Below, in pieces: positions 30,191 to 40,065 of a stretch of DNA of 64,000 bases. Below the pieces are notes generated by a model, which was not told where the DNA came from, searched no databases, and saw nothing but the letters and a program-made list of their open reading frames with translations. Both the position numbers and the translations under genes were made by a program. The stretch comes from Vicinamibacteria bacterium. GTDB lineage: Bacteria; Acidobacteriota; Vicinamibacteria; Marinacidobacterales; Marinacidobacteraceae. The stretch lies in contig OY729431.1 of assembly GCA_963422395.1 (NCBI GenBank), positions 1,472,001 to 1,536,000 on the forward strand, written 5' to 3'. Position 1 is the stretch's first letter. Every line of letters starts with the position of its first letter.

Positions 30191-30380
30191 GGCCGGGAAT
30201 CGTATCCGGGGCGGCGAACCGCATTCCGCGGCATCCACCGCCGCTTCGCCGCATCCCCTCGGGTGCGGAACCGCCGCAGCGGGCGCTCGGCACCGCGGCC
30301 GCGGTCTCTCCGGTCCCCGAGGGGGCCCGGATCGAACTTCGTCGATCAGATTTCGCCAGTCGAACTTCGTCGGTCGGGCT

Positions 30381-31430
30381 TCATGTTCGGGGCCCGCCGA
30401 GGAAACGAATCAGGGTTTCGTTGAACACGCCGACATCGAGAAAGTAGTTCGGATACGCCCGACGCAGCGCTTTCGCCGATTCCACCGACACCAGACAGGT
30501 CAGGAAGCCGCTGCGGTCCTCCTGTTCGCGTTTCAGATACTCGGCCCGCGCCGCTTCGAATCCCGATTCCCGGTAGACCCGAATCCATACTTTTCGCTCC
30601 CGCGCGTCGAGCGTCATCAGAAACCAGGCAGCGCCGGGCAGATCTGGCACCCCGTCGACCGCTGCTCTCAATCCGGCGAGAGTTCGGGAGACCTCGAGAC
30701 TCTCGACCAACTCCCGGACTTCGGCCCGCAGCTCGGCGAGCGCGGCCGGAGTCCCCGGAACCCTGGCGCGCCCTTCTTCGATGGCGAACACGCTGCCCAT
30801 GAGCTGGAAGAAACGGTCCCAGCCGCCGTTCTCCGGCCCTTGCGTCTTCAATCGAGTTCCGGTGAGCGCATCCACGGTCTCGACCGCGGTGGCCCACGCA
30901 TGCTGCAGCCGGGAACGGAGCTGGACTTCGATGCGCAGCCCGTTCCACCCGGCATTGCGCTCGTTGCGCGAGCGATAGCGGTACACCAGATGGACGCTCC
31001 GATAGCCGCTGGACTTCGGCTGTTCGAGGTAGTCGTACTTCCTGACGAATTCGTGTCCTTGCCATTTCGTCTCATATACGGTGAGCAGCCGGTCCACATC
31101 GTCCGCAGTCGGCAGGATGGCGCGGCAGCCGCCGAGGTCCTGCATCCGCGAAACCAGCATCTTCGGGAATCGGCGGATCTTGGCCTCCACCGAGGCGAGA
31201 CGCTTCAGCCGCTGCGCGGTGACGCTGCTTCCGTTCACCTTCTGTGCTCTCCTTTCGAGGAGGACGCGAATCGCCAGCAGCGGATAACGGTGGGCGGCTC
31301 GCCAGTCGTCCACGATCTTCTGCGCTTCCCGGCGAGGCGCGCCGTCCGACCCGGGGGTTCTCCGCTGCGCGAGCCGGCGGCCGGCGTCATCCACCGCACT
31401 GCGGGAAAACCGAGAAGGTCGATACTGCAC
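30381..31430 (-). CDS. RelA/SpoT SYNTH-domain protein, fused CapRel-like toxSAS
   Basis: WRAAHRYPL, QRLKR, MQDLGGCRA, GYRSVH, EVQLR...QHAWATAVE, C-terminal AYPNYF; start GTG 31430 uncertain. Confidence 0.82.
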   Translation of the reverse strand: MQYRPSRFSRSAVDDAGRRLAQRRTPGSDGAPRREAQKIVDDWRAAHRYPLLAIRVLLERRAQKVNGSSVTAQRLKRLASVEAKIRRFPKMLVSRMQDLGGCRAILPTADDVDRLLTVYETKWQGHEFVRKYDYLEQPKSSGYRSVHLVYRYRSRNERNAGWNGLRIEVQLRSRLQHAWATAVETVDALTGTRLKTQGPENGGWDRFFQLMGSVFAIEEGRARVPGTPAALAELRAEVRELVESLEVSRTLAGLRAAVDGVPDLPGAAWFLMTLDARERKVWIRVYRESGFEAARAEYLKREQEDRSGFLTCLVSVESAKALRRAYPNYFLDVGVFNETLIRFLGGPRT

Positions 31431-31488
31431 GGGGAGAACGGCGGCTGCGGGCAACGGTAACCCGGTGCGCCGATCTCTTTGTGTTGCC

Positions 31489-34400
31489 TCAGCCGCGGCG
31501 GAGTGCGGCGAGCAGCGGGCCGCCCGCGGCGCTGCGGGCGGCGAGGGCTCCCGCGAGCAGGCCGAATCCGAGCACCCCGAGCAGCAGCAGGGTGACGAGC
31601 CCGACACTGCCCCCCGGCTGCCGCTCACCGAGCAGCGGGAAGATCGCGAGCAGCGCCGCGCCGGTCCCGGAAGCGAGCCCGGCGAGCAGCAGCAGCGCGT
31701 TCTCCCAGAAGCCGAGCGCGGCGAAATCGCGGGGGCGGTAGCCCGTCGCAGCGAGCAGCCCCCATTCCCGGCGGCGTTCGTCGGCGTTCCTGAAGAGCAC
31801 CGCCCCGAGGCCCAGGGTGCCGAGCAGCAGCCCGAGGCCGCCGAGCGCCTGGAAGGTCGAGAGGTAGGTGTTCTCCACTCGGTGGAAGTCGGCGAGCCGG
31901 GCGCGGACCGAGGTCGAGACCGCTCCGTAGTCGGCGAGCGCTTCGCCGAGCAGGCGGAGCGCCGCCGCCTCCGCCGCGGCGAGGTCTTCCCGGCTGTCCG
32001 GAGCCGGGGTTCGGTCGGTGAGGAACATCCGGTAGCCGTCGGCGGCGGGCAGGCGGTCGAGCAGGTCTTCCTCTGCCATCAGCAGTTCGCCCTGGAACAG
32101 GCTGTCCCAGAGCGTCCCCACCAGCCGGAGCCGGACCGAGGCGCCGCCCTCGCCGATGGGGAAGGTCCGCTCTTCCCCGACCGGCCACTTCAGGACATAG
32201 GTCATGGAGTTCTGATCGCCGAGGACCGGGATGGCCGCCGTCGGATCGCGTTCGCCCCAGAGCAGGCGCCAGGGATTGTCGATCTCCTCGGTCGTCCGGC
32301 CCAGGTGGGCGGCGAAGGGGAAGCGGTTCTCCTCGGCGAATTCCCGGGGGATTCCCACCACCCGGGGCCGGGCGGGCCGATAGAGGTTGCGGCAGCTCGC
32401 GTCTTCGCCGCCGGCGAGCCGCAGCGGCCGGATGCGGAATCCCTCGAGGTCCGGTGGGAGGTGCAGCGCGTCCCGGCCGGCAGCATCCGTCGGGTTCCAG
32501 GGCGCCCCGAAGACCGTTTCGGTGAGGGCGAGGAAGCCGCCGGCGCCGGCGGGGAGCCGTTCGGGATCGGGGCGCTTTCGGAAGGACTCCACCGCGACCA
32601 GGGTGAAGGCCGCGAACGCGACGAGAGCCATTGCGGCGAGGCTCCGCCCCGGCCGGAACGAGGCCGCCCGGAATCCCAGACTGCGTAGCCCCGAGCCGCG
32701 GAGTCCGCGCCCGAAGCCCAGCCCGAGTCCGCGGCGCTTCGGGTCCGCCGCATCCCGGAGTCGGGACCAGGCGAGGAGCAGGAAGGCGGTCAGCAGCGCC
32801 GCGCCGGCACCGAAGAAGCCCCCGGTCTCGGCAATCGCGCCCGTCCAGCCCGAAACGAGGAGGGCGCCTCCGAGAATTCCTGCCGCCGCGGCGAGACGCC
32901 GCGCCCCCCGCCCCGGCGAGGCCGCAGGCCTCAGCTGCGCCGCTGCGGGTGCCGGGCTCGCCAGATCGCCCAGCAGCAGCGCTCGCGGCGAGCGGCGGAC
33001 GAGGCTGCGGGTCGTCCACCAGCCGGCCAGCATCGCCATTTCCAGACCGCCGAGCGACCCCATGGCGATCGACCGCCAGCCGACGAACAGCGAGAGGCGT
33101 CCCGAGGCGTCCCCGGCCGGTCCCTCGCCCAGAAGGGTGCCCGCCACCGCTCCCTCCCAGGCGCCGGAGAGCAGTCCGATCATTCCGAAGGCGTAAGCGA
33201 CTCCGGCAGCGGCCCCGGCGAGCGCGCCCAGGAAAGCGACCACTCCGGTTTCCAGGAGCAGAGTGCTCGCGACCCGCCGCACCGGCCAGCCGCAGGCGAG
33301 GAGCAGGCCGATCTCGCCCAGGCGCCGTTCGATGCCCAGCCGGTAGAGCAGTGCCAGCAGCACGAACGCGGAGACCAGCAGGAAGCCGGAGAAGTAGAGG
33401 AAATAGGTCCCGAAATCGGTGGCGCCGCGGGAGGCTTCGAGCCCCTGTCGGCGCACCGGGATGGGAACGAGGCCGAAATCCGCCGGAGGCAGTGCGGCGG
33501 CGAGCGCGGCGGCGAGGCGCCGGCGGTCACCGCCCTCGAAACGGACCGAAGTCGCGCTGCCCTGCCGCATCGCCCAGAGACGCTGTGCGGTGGCGAGTGG
33601 GACGAACGCCTTGGGCAGCGTGCGGTGATCTTCCCAGTAGCGCTCGTCGCGCTCGCGGATTCGGGTCAGGTCCACCGGGAACGGCGGATCCCAGTCCCGC
33701 AAGTGCTCCGAATCGCTCACCCCCGGGAACTCGGGGGCGAGGGTCGGATCGCCGAAGACCCCGGTCGAAGAGGCGGCCGGCCCGGCCACCAGAGAAACCG
33801 CTGCCGTGCCGAACCGGCCGTGCTCTTCCCAGACGAGGTACGAGAGCTCCACCGGGTCGCCGGGAGCGAGCGAGAGATCTTCCGCGAGCCAGGCGCCGGG
33901 AAACAGGAGATCGCTGCCAGCTGCCGGCAAGTCTGCCGCCGGCAGGCCGGCCACCAGCGAATACGGAGTTTCGCGGCCGCCCGCTCGGATCGCGGTCGCC
34001 AGGTAGGTCAACACCGGCGCCGCGCGGCTTCCGAGCGAATCGGCCGCAGCGAGCGCCGCTTCCACGACGGAATCGGCGAGGACGAGGCTGCGGCTTTCGA
34101 GCACGAACTCCCCGCCGTTCCCTGGCTGAAGCGACAGTCCGCGCTCGTCCAGCGAACTCGCCGCGGCGAGTGACCGGGCGAGCACCGTCTCGTCCTCCTC
34201 CGCTCTTCCCTCTCCGGCGGGGAGCCGCCGGATGAGCAGCGCGTTCACGCGGCCCGGATCGTCGAGCGCCCGCTGCAGCTCGGAAAGCGGCAGGAACACC
34301 GCGCGCGGGGCGCCCTGCCCGGGAAAGAGTGCGAAATCGCCCGAGGCGGCGCCGGGGGCCGGAGCGGGCCAGGGCTCGACTGCCCGGCGGAGCGTGACCG

Positions 34401-35019
34401 CCGCGTCGTCCTTGTCGCCGTAGAGGGAGGCCGGGGCGACCTCCGCGTGCTCTCCCACCCTGACGAGGAGAGAGCTTCCCGGTTCGATGCCCGCCCGGCG
34501 CAGGCCGCTGCTGATCCGGGCCGCCCCCGGAGGGATCCGGCCGGAGAGTCCGTGGAACCGGAAGAACCGCTCGTCCACTCCGAACACCGTGACCGGTACG
34601 GGAGGGGCGTCCGGCGGGAACACCGTTCCCGAGAGGCGGAACACCGGCACCGGCTCGGCGAACCGGAGCCGGTACTCGGGGGCGGCGGCGAGCCGAGCCG
34701 CGAGCCCGGTATCGGGAGTATCCGAAAAGGCAGCGACCGGAAGCACCGCGAAATCGGCGGCGCCCAACCGTTCGGTGAAGGCAGCGCGGAGGCTGCCCCG
34801 AACGGAGTCGCCGACCACCAGCGCCCCGACCAGCACCGAGACCGCGACCGCGGTTGCCGCCGCCACCAGGAGATGTTCCCGGCGGTAGTGGGACAGGCCG
34901 CGCCCGGCGAGCCGGGCGTCGATCCGCAGCCTTTGGATCGAGCGGTGCAGCATCCGCGAGCGGCGAAGCCCGCTTGGACGGGCGGGTGCCGATCCTCCCG
35001 GCGCAGCGTGGTCAGGCAT
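31489..35019 (-). CDS. ABC transporter permease (double MacB/FtsX-like)
   Basis: GALVVGDSVRGSL, ERRLGEIGLLLACG, ERRREWGLLAATG; two TM clusters. Confidence 0.88.
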   Translation of the reverse strand: MPDHAAPGGSAPARPSGLRRSRMLHRSIQRLRIDARLAGRGLSHYRREHLLVAAATAVAVSVLVGALVVGDSVRGSLRAAFTERLGAADFAVLPVAAFSDTPDTGLAARLAAAPEYRLRFAEPVPVFRLSGTVFPPDAPPVPVTVFGVDERFFRFHGLSGRIPPGAARISSGLRRAGIEPGSSLLVRVGEHAEVAPASLYGDKDDAAVTLRRAVEPWPAPAPGAASGDFALFPGQGAPRAVFLPLSELQRALDDPGRVNALLIRRLPAGEGRAEEDETVLARSLAAASSLDERGLSLQPGNGGEFVLESRSLVLADSVVEAALAAADSLGSRAAPVLTYLATAIRAGGRETPYSLVAGLPAADLPAAGSDLLFPGAWLAEDLSLAPGDPVELSYLVWEEHGRFGTAAVSLVAGPAASSTGVFGDPTLAPEFPGVSDSEHLRDWDPPFPVDLTRIRERDERYWEDHRTLPKAFVPLATAQRLWAMRQGSATSVRFEGGDRRRLAAALAAALPPADFGLVPIPVRRQGLEASRGATDFGTYFLYFSGFLLVSAFVLLALLYRLGIERRLGEIGLLLACGWPVRRVASTLLLETGVVAFLGALAGAAAGVAYAFGMIGLLSGAWEGAVAGTLLGEGPAGDASGRLSLFVGWRSIAMGSLGGLEMAMLAGWWTTRSLVRRSPRALLLGDLASPAPAAAQLRPAASPGRGARRLAAAAGILGGALLVSGWTGAIAETGGFFGAGAALLTAFLLLAWSRLRDAADPKRRGLGLGFGRGLRGSGLRSLGFRAASFRPGRSLAAMALVAFAAFTLVAVESFRKRPDPERLPAGAGGFLALTETVFGAPWNPTDAAGRDALHLPPDLEGFRIRPLRLAGGEDASCRNLYRPARPRVVGIPREFAEENRFPFAAHLGRTTEEIDNPWRLLWGERDPTAAIPVLGDQNSMTYVLKWPVGEERTFPIGEGGASVRLRLVGTLWDSLFQGELLMAEEDLLDRLPAADGYRMFLTDRTPAPDSREDLAAAEAAALRLLGEALADYGAVSTSVRARLADFHRVENTYLSTFQALGGLGLLLGTLGLGAVLFRNADERRREWGLLAATGYRPRDFAALGFWENALLLLAGLASGTGAALLAIFPLLGERQPGGSVGLVTLLLLGVLGFGLLAGALAARSAAGGPLLAALRRG

Positions 35020-35052
35020 GGGCCGTTTCTACCAGCGCCGCGGAAACGGGTC

Positions 35053-35766
35053 TCAGGGATCGGTCAGGCGCCCGCCGTGCATCCGGTAGCGCTTCGGAAA
35101 CCGGGCGGCCAGCGCCGGGTCGTGGGTGACGAGAACCACGATGCGATCCTGGTCCACGACTTCCGGCTCGAACAGGAGCTCCGCCACCTCTTGCGCAGCC
35201 CTCCCGTCGAGATTGCCGGTCGGCTCGTCGCAGAGAAGAAGCCGCGGGCGGCGCACCAAGGCGCGCGCTACCGCCACCCGCTGCTTCTCCCCGCCGGAGA
35301 GTTCGGCGGGGAGGTGGCGGCGGCGGCCTCCGAGCCCGACCCGGTCCAGCAGCGCCTCGGCGCGCTCTCGGTCGCCCTCCTTCGGATCGGGAAGGGTCGG
35401 CGCCAAGACATTCTCGACCGCAGTGCATTGCGGGAGGAGGCAGTGGTCCTGGAAGACGAATCCCACCCGGTCGCGGCGGAACCTCGCCTGTTCGTCGGGC
35501 GGAAGTTCCTGGGGGTCCACGCCGTCCAGGCGGGCCTCGCCCGCCGACGGCGGCTCGATCGCTCCTAGCAGAAACAGCAGCGTGCTCTTGCCGCACCCCG
35601 AAGCCCCCATCACCGAAGCCGATTCCCCCGGTACCAGGCAGAGGTCCACCCCGTCGAGCACCCGCAACAGGCCGTCAGGCGCCGGGTACTCCTTCACCAA
35701 CCCGGACACCGCGAGACCGGCTTCCACCGGGGCCGCCGGCATCCGCGTTCCCGGGTGGGCCGGCAT
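35053..35766 (-). CDS. ABC transporter ATP-binding protein (LolD-like)
   Basis: GASGCGKST, LSGGEKQR, LLCDEPTGNLD, VTHD. Confidence 0.95.
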   Translation of the reverse strand: MPAHPGTRMPAAPVEAGLAVSGLVKEYPAPDGLLRVLDGVDLCLVPGESASVMGASGCGKSTLLFLLGAIEPPSAGEARLDGVDPQELPPDEQARFRRDRVGFVFQDHCLLPQCTAVENVLAPTLPDPKEGDRERAEALLDRVGLGGRRRHLPAELSGGEKQRVAVARALVRRPRLLLCDEPTGNLDGRAAQEVAELLFEPEVVDQDRIVVLVTHDPALAARFPKRYRMHGGRLTDP

Positions 35767-35778
35767 CCCGCCTCTCGG

Positions 35779-37200
35779 TCAGGCGCTCTGGAAGGCGCGG
35801 GCTCGGTACAGCAGATCGAGGATGTTGCCCTCGTGCGGCTGCAGCCAGTTGATCCGGAAAGTGGGGATCGGCCCGAAGTTGAGGCGATCGATCGAAGTCG
35901 TCTCGAGCAGGCGGGCGCGGAAACCGGTGTCCTCGGTGATCGCAGTGGCCACCAGGGTGTCTCCGATCCGGTCCAGCATCTTTTCCTGCGGGCAGTGGAC
36001 TACCGACACGAAAGGAAACATGTATTCGAGGTTGGCGGCGGGCGCCTCCGATCCCTCGCAGTGCACCACGGTGGGGCGCAGCCAAGATGCCGGGCCCTGC
36101 TCGACGAGCCGCGAACCGCTGCGGAAGCGGGCGGTGATGTCCTCGGCGCCGCCGCCTGCCAGACGCTCCTCGATATCCCGATGGATCGCCGCCGCGGCTC
36201 CGGGCACGGTGAACGCGGCGAGCGCGCTCTCCGGGTCCTCGGGAGGGCGCGGCGCGACCGGGCCGAGGCGCTCGGCGAGCGCCGCGGCGATCTCTTCGGT
36301 GTGACGAGATGCCCAGATGCTGGAGCAGGAGATGCAGCTCCGGCCGCTGTTCACGAACACGCTCGAAAGCAGCACTTCTAGGTGCTCCTCCCACCGATCC
36401 ACCACGTCGTCGCCCAGCAGGATCTTGGAGAAGCCGGGGCCGTGTACCCGGACCGCCGGGTTTTCGCGGTACTGCTCAACGGTGGCTCGGCTGCCGAAGA
36501 TGAGGCTCCGCGGAGCGCCCTGCAGCACCGCGGCACCCACTTCGCCTCCGCCCGGATAGACGGCGACGGCCTCGCGGGGAATCCCGGCAGCGAAGAACGC
36601 CTCCGCCATCCGGACCGGAGTCCACGGCTCTTCGGGGCCCGGTTTCAGCACCAGGCCGATCCGCAACGGAACGACCGGCAGCCACAGCGTGTGAACGCCG
36701 GGGGAGTTCGAGGGCAGGACGACGCCGAGCACCGGCGTCTCCGCCTGGTAGGCGACGGGAACGCCGCGCGCCTCCATCCCGTGTCCTTGGGCGAGGATGT
36801 CGAGGTCGAGACCTCGGGTGAGCGCGTCGAGCACCTGCTCCATCCGTTCGAGGACGAACCGGTTCTTCTCCATGTTCGCCCGGCACATGGACTCGGGAAG
36901 CCCGGTGGTGGCCGACTGGCAGCGGACGAACTCTTCGGGCGTCTGCTGCCCTTCCCCGAGCGGCAGCTCTGCCTCCTGATAGAGCCGCGCCGCTTCCCGG
37001 AGCATCGCGAGCAGCTCCGCCGTCGGGATTTCGCAGAGCGCGGCGCGCGCCCGGCGCGCGTGACGGAGATCCCGCGCCACCATTCCGGAAGCCGCCTGAT
37101 CCACTTCCGCGACCGGCGCTCCCGTCAGAAAGTGGGAGAGGGGGTTCGTTTCGAGGCTCCGGTAGGGACGGCCCCAACGGAGCACCGGAACTCGAATCAC
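35779..37200 (-). CDS. aldehyde dehydrogenase-fold protein (possibly acyl reductase, EhpG/LuxC-like)
   Basis: LPSNSP, LKP, IFGS, NSGRSC catalytic Cys, EYMFP; HGPG in place of ELGG. Confidence 0.82.
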   Translation of the reverse strand: MIRVPVLRWGRPYRSLETNPLSHFLTGAPVAEVDQAASGMVARDLRHARRARAALCEIPTAELLAMLREAARLYQEAELPLGEGQQTPEEFVRCQSATTGLPESMCRANMEKNRFVLERMEQVLDALTRGLDLDILAQGHGMEARGVPVAYQAETPVLGVVLPSNSPGVHTLWLPVVPLRIGLVLKPGPEEPWTPVRMAEAFFAAGIPREAVAVYPGGGEVGAAVLQGAPRSLIFGSRATVEQYRENPAVRVHGPGFSKILLGDDVVDRWEEHLEVLLSSVFVNSGRSCISCSSIWASRHTEEIAAALAERLGPVAPRPPEDPESALAAFTVPGAAAAIHRDIEERLAGGGAEDITARFRSGSRLVEQGPASWLRPTVVHCEGSEAPAANLEYMFPFVSVVHCPQEKMLDRIGDTLVATAITEDTGFRARLLETTSIDRLNFGPIPTFRINWLQPHEGNILDLLYRARAFQSA

Positions 37201-37213
37201 GGCAGCACCCCGG

Positions 37214-38311
37214 TCAATAGACCCCGACGGTCGTGCCCCCAGGCAGTTTCCCGAAGGGCCGGACGCCGCTCACCCCGTCCCAGGCGTAGGGGCCCCAGGG
37301 GGGCTCGCGCTCCCCCTCGTCGCGCTCGAGGAAACCCGGCACGAAGAACTCGCGGGTGAGAGTGGTGAGCCGGACGCGCCCGGTCTCCCCGTAGTCCACC
37401 ACCGCGCCGGTGTCCGGGTGCACGACTTCGAGGATGGCCCGCGGTGCCGGAGGGTAGTAGGCGATCCGGTAGCCGTCCTCCGGGGTCGGCGGGCGGGCCG
37501 GCGCGAGCCCCATCAGAGTGTTCCCGTAGGTGGGCTGCAAGAACACCCCGTCGAGCAGCTCTTCCATGGCGAACCGGGTCCACTGCGGGGTGAACTCGGT
37601 GCCTCCGGAGAAGATGCCCCGAATGCCGGTTTCCGCCAGCGTCGTCCCCTCGTCTTCGAGCTGCAGGCAGAGCGCTTCGAGGAGCTTCGGGGTCGCGAAG
37701 AGACAGCGGATGTCGTGGCCGGCAGAGAGGATGGTCATCGCCTGAGAGATCACATGGCGCTGGTATGCCTTGAGGTGTTCGGTCCACCCCTTTTGGATGA
37801 GCTGGATGACCCACCTCGGATCGAGATCGAGGCAGAAGGCGATGCCGCCCCGGAACTGCGCCAAGTGCTCGACGGCCAGCCGGAGCCGGCGGGGGCCGCT
37901 CGGACCCAGCATGAGCCAGTTCGATCCGGGAGGGAAATGCTCGTCCGGAAGCGCAGCGCTGAACAGTTCGTAATCGGTCCGGAAATCCCCCACGCTCACT
38001 CGGCTCTTGGGAATGCCGGTGGTACCGCCGGTCTCGAACACGAACAGCGGGCGGTCCTGGTAGGGCTTCGGAACCCACCGGCGGACCGGGCCGCCGCGGA
38101 GCCATTCGTCCTCGAAGGGGGGAAACCGCTTCAGGTCCTCGAACCCGCGCACCTCGGTCAGCGGATCGAAGTCCAGCTGCTTGCGGAAGTCGAGCCAGAA
38201 GGCACAGCCGGTGGTTTCGGAAAAGTGCCAGGCGACGATCTCCCGCACCTGCTGGTCGAGCTGGGTGCGCGCCGCTGCGACCGCCTCGGCGCCGAAGTCC
38301 GGTTCGCTCAT
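37214..38311 (-). CDS. EhpF/LuxE/PaaK-like adenylate-forming ligase
   Basis: FETGGTTGIPK P-loop, YGNT, GETGRV.LTTL, ERD; lacks the small C-terminal ANL domain. Confidence 0.75.
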   Translation of the reverse strand: MSEPDFGAEAVAAARTQLDQQVREIVAWHFSETTGCAFWLDFRKQLDFDPLTEVRGFEDLKRFPPFEDEWLRGGPVRRWVPKPYQDRPLFVFETGGTTGIPKSRVSVGDFRTDYELFSAALPDEHFPPGSNWLMLGPSGPRRLRLAVEHLAQFRGGIAFCLDLDPRWVIQLIQKGWTEHLKAYQRHVISQAMTILSAGHDIRCLFATPKLLEALCLQLEDEGTTLAETGIRGIFSGGTEFTPQWTRFAMEELLDGVFLQPTYGNTLMGLAPARPPTPEDGYRIAYYPPAPRAILEVVHPDTGAVVDYGETGRVRLTTLTREFFVPGFLERDEGEREPPWGPYAWDGVSGVRPFGKLPGGTTVGVY

Positions 38312-38318
38312 CGCCGCG

Positions 38319-39626
38319 TCAGGCGGCCCTCGGGAGCTGGATCGCGCGGGAGAAGGCCGCCTCCGCCTCTTCGGCCATCCGGGCGAGCGAGTGCTCCTCC
38401 CGGACCTTCTCGAAACCCCGCGCTCCGACGAGCCGCCGGCGCCGGGGATGCAGGACGAGCTGCCCGAGCGCGGCGGCGAAATCCTCGGGTTCGCTTGAGC
38501 GGGCGAGGACTCCCCCTTCGGTGCGGTCGAAGAGTTCCGGATAGACGCCTTCCTGGGGCGCCACCACCGGGGTTCCCGCCATCATCGCCTCGATCGCCGG
38601 CAACCCCTTGGCTTCGGGGAAGGCGGCGGGGATCGCGATCAGGTCGGCGTCACGCAGGAAGGCGATCTTAGCCGCCCGGTCGGGTGAGCCGAGGTAATCG
38701 AAAGGGATGCGCTTCCCGGATCCGGAAACGAGCCGCCGCACCTCGGCGAGCTGGCGGCGGCCGGCGCGGCTCATCCAGCCGGCGGCCCGCAGCCGGAGCG
38801 GTGGAACCTCGGGTTCGGCGGCGAGGCGGCAGGCGGCGCGCGCCAGCCGGTCGAGTCCCTTCTCCGGAGCGATGCGGGAGAAGAAGCCGATGGTGACTGG
38901 AGTCTGGCCTTTCGCGATCGGGCCGTCTGCCTTCGGAGCCTCCGGAAAGCCCGCCGGGTCGATCCCGAGGCGGACCAGTGCCGCCCGTTCTTCGGGAAGC
39001 CCGAGGCGCCCCGCCATGTCGCGGGTGTGGTGTTCGCTCACCCCGACGAAAAGACTCACTTCGGGGGCGGCTTCCCGCATCAGTTCGAGCGCACGCTCCC
39101 GATGGGCCGTGGGCAGCTGGGACAGGAAGAGGTCCTCTCCCGAGAAGGTGACCACCAGTGGGGCATCGAGGGCTCGGCGGAGCGGCCGCGCCAATCCGAG
39201 GAGCAGCGAATTCGGCAGCACCACGACATCGGCTCGCTCCCCGGCGAGCGAACGGACGAGCGCCCGGACCGCCGCCCGTGCCGGTCCCCGCTCGCCGAGC
39301 AGCGTGGTGACCGTGAGCGGCCCGAGCTTCGCCGCTTCGGTGGAAGCCGAGAAGCGTCCGGCGAGGCTCGAAACCCACGACGAGTCGAGGATCGGATCCA
39401 GCAGGCGGCCGAGACGCGGGGCGGCGTGCTGCAAGAAGAGCGACACGCCGCCGAAGCGGACTTCGGAGTCCGAGGCATCGGCTTCGTCGGTGCGGCTCTT
39501 CTGGTAGAGCGGAAGAAGCCGCACCTCATGACCGCGCCGCCTCAGCTCCCGGGCGAGCGCGTTGTCACGGATGCAGCTGCCGCAGAGCATCGCCCCGGCA
39601 CCGGCGGTGAAGCTCAGGATACGCAC
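38319..39626 (-). CDS. glycosyltransferase family 4
   Basis: SRIAPEKG, EAKGLPAIEAM..GTPVV; N-terminal CGSC.RDNAL. Confidence 0.88.
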   Translation of the reverse strand: MRILSFTAGAGAMLCGSCIRDNALARELRRRGHEVRLLPLYQKSRTDEADASDSEVRFGGVSLFLQHAAPRLGRLLDPILDSSWVSSLAGRFSASTEAAKLGPLTVTTLLGERGPARAAVRALVRSLAGERADVVVLPNSLLLGLARPLRRALDAPLVVTFSGEDLFLSQLPTAHRERALELMREAAPEVSLFVGVSEHHTRDMAGRLGLPEERAALVRLGIDPAGFPEAPKADGPIAKGQTPVTIGFFSRIAPEKGLDRLARAACRLAAEPEVPPLRLRAAGWMSRAGRRQLAEVRRLVSGSGKRIPFDYLGSPDRAAKIAFLRDADLIAIPAAFPEAKGLPAIEAMMAGTPVVAPQEGVYPELFDRTEGGVLARSSEPEDFAAALGQLVLHPRRRRLVGARGFEKVREEHSLARMAEEAEAAFSRAIQLPRAA

Positions 39627-39669
39627 GGCTCGGGATGGCGTGGATTCGGCGCGGGAGACCCGAAAGTCC

Positions 39670-40065
39670 TCAGAACTCCGGCCAGCCGGTGATCGGATGG
39701 CGCCAGAGGGAGTAGTTCATTCCGCCGGCGTAGAGGCGGGGCGGCCAGCGGACCGGCCCGGTCTGCTGGGAGGGATAGAGGTGGTAGCGCATCCCGAGAG
39801 CCCCCCAGATACGCCGCCAGCGATCCTGGAAGTTCTGCTCCAGCGGGAGCAGGTCGTGCGGGTTCTCGACTCGGTGGTCGAGGTCGAAGATCGTCGGGGG
39901 CCGCGGCTGTTCCGCTTCTTCGCGGTCGGCCGACTGCGCGTGGGCAGCCGCCGGCACTGCGAGGAGTGACGATGCCAACAGGCCCGCCGCGACACTCGAT
40001 CCGCGGGGTCGGAACCGTGCTCGACGCAAGCGCTTCGGCGGCTCCTCAGTCCGACGGGCTGCCAT
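39670..40065 (-). CDS. hypothetical small secreted protein
   Basis: Signal-like LLASSLLAVPAAAHAQ followed by an aromatic/Pro-rich segment; start uncertain. Confidence 0.45.
   Translation of the reverse strand: MAARRTEEPPKRLRRARFRPRGSSVAAGLLASSLLAVPAAAHAQSADREEAEQPRPPTIFDLDHRVENPHDLLPLEQNFQDRWRRIWGALGMRYHLYPSQQTGPVRWPPRLYAGGMNYSLWRHPITGWPEF

Noticed and set aside
35779-38311. Phenazine or bioluminescence cluster
   Set aside because: No phzA-G or luxAB/D genes in the window
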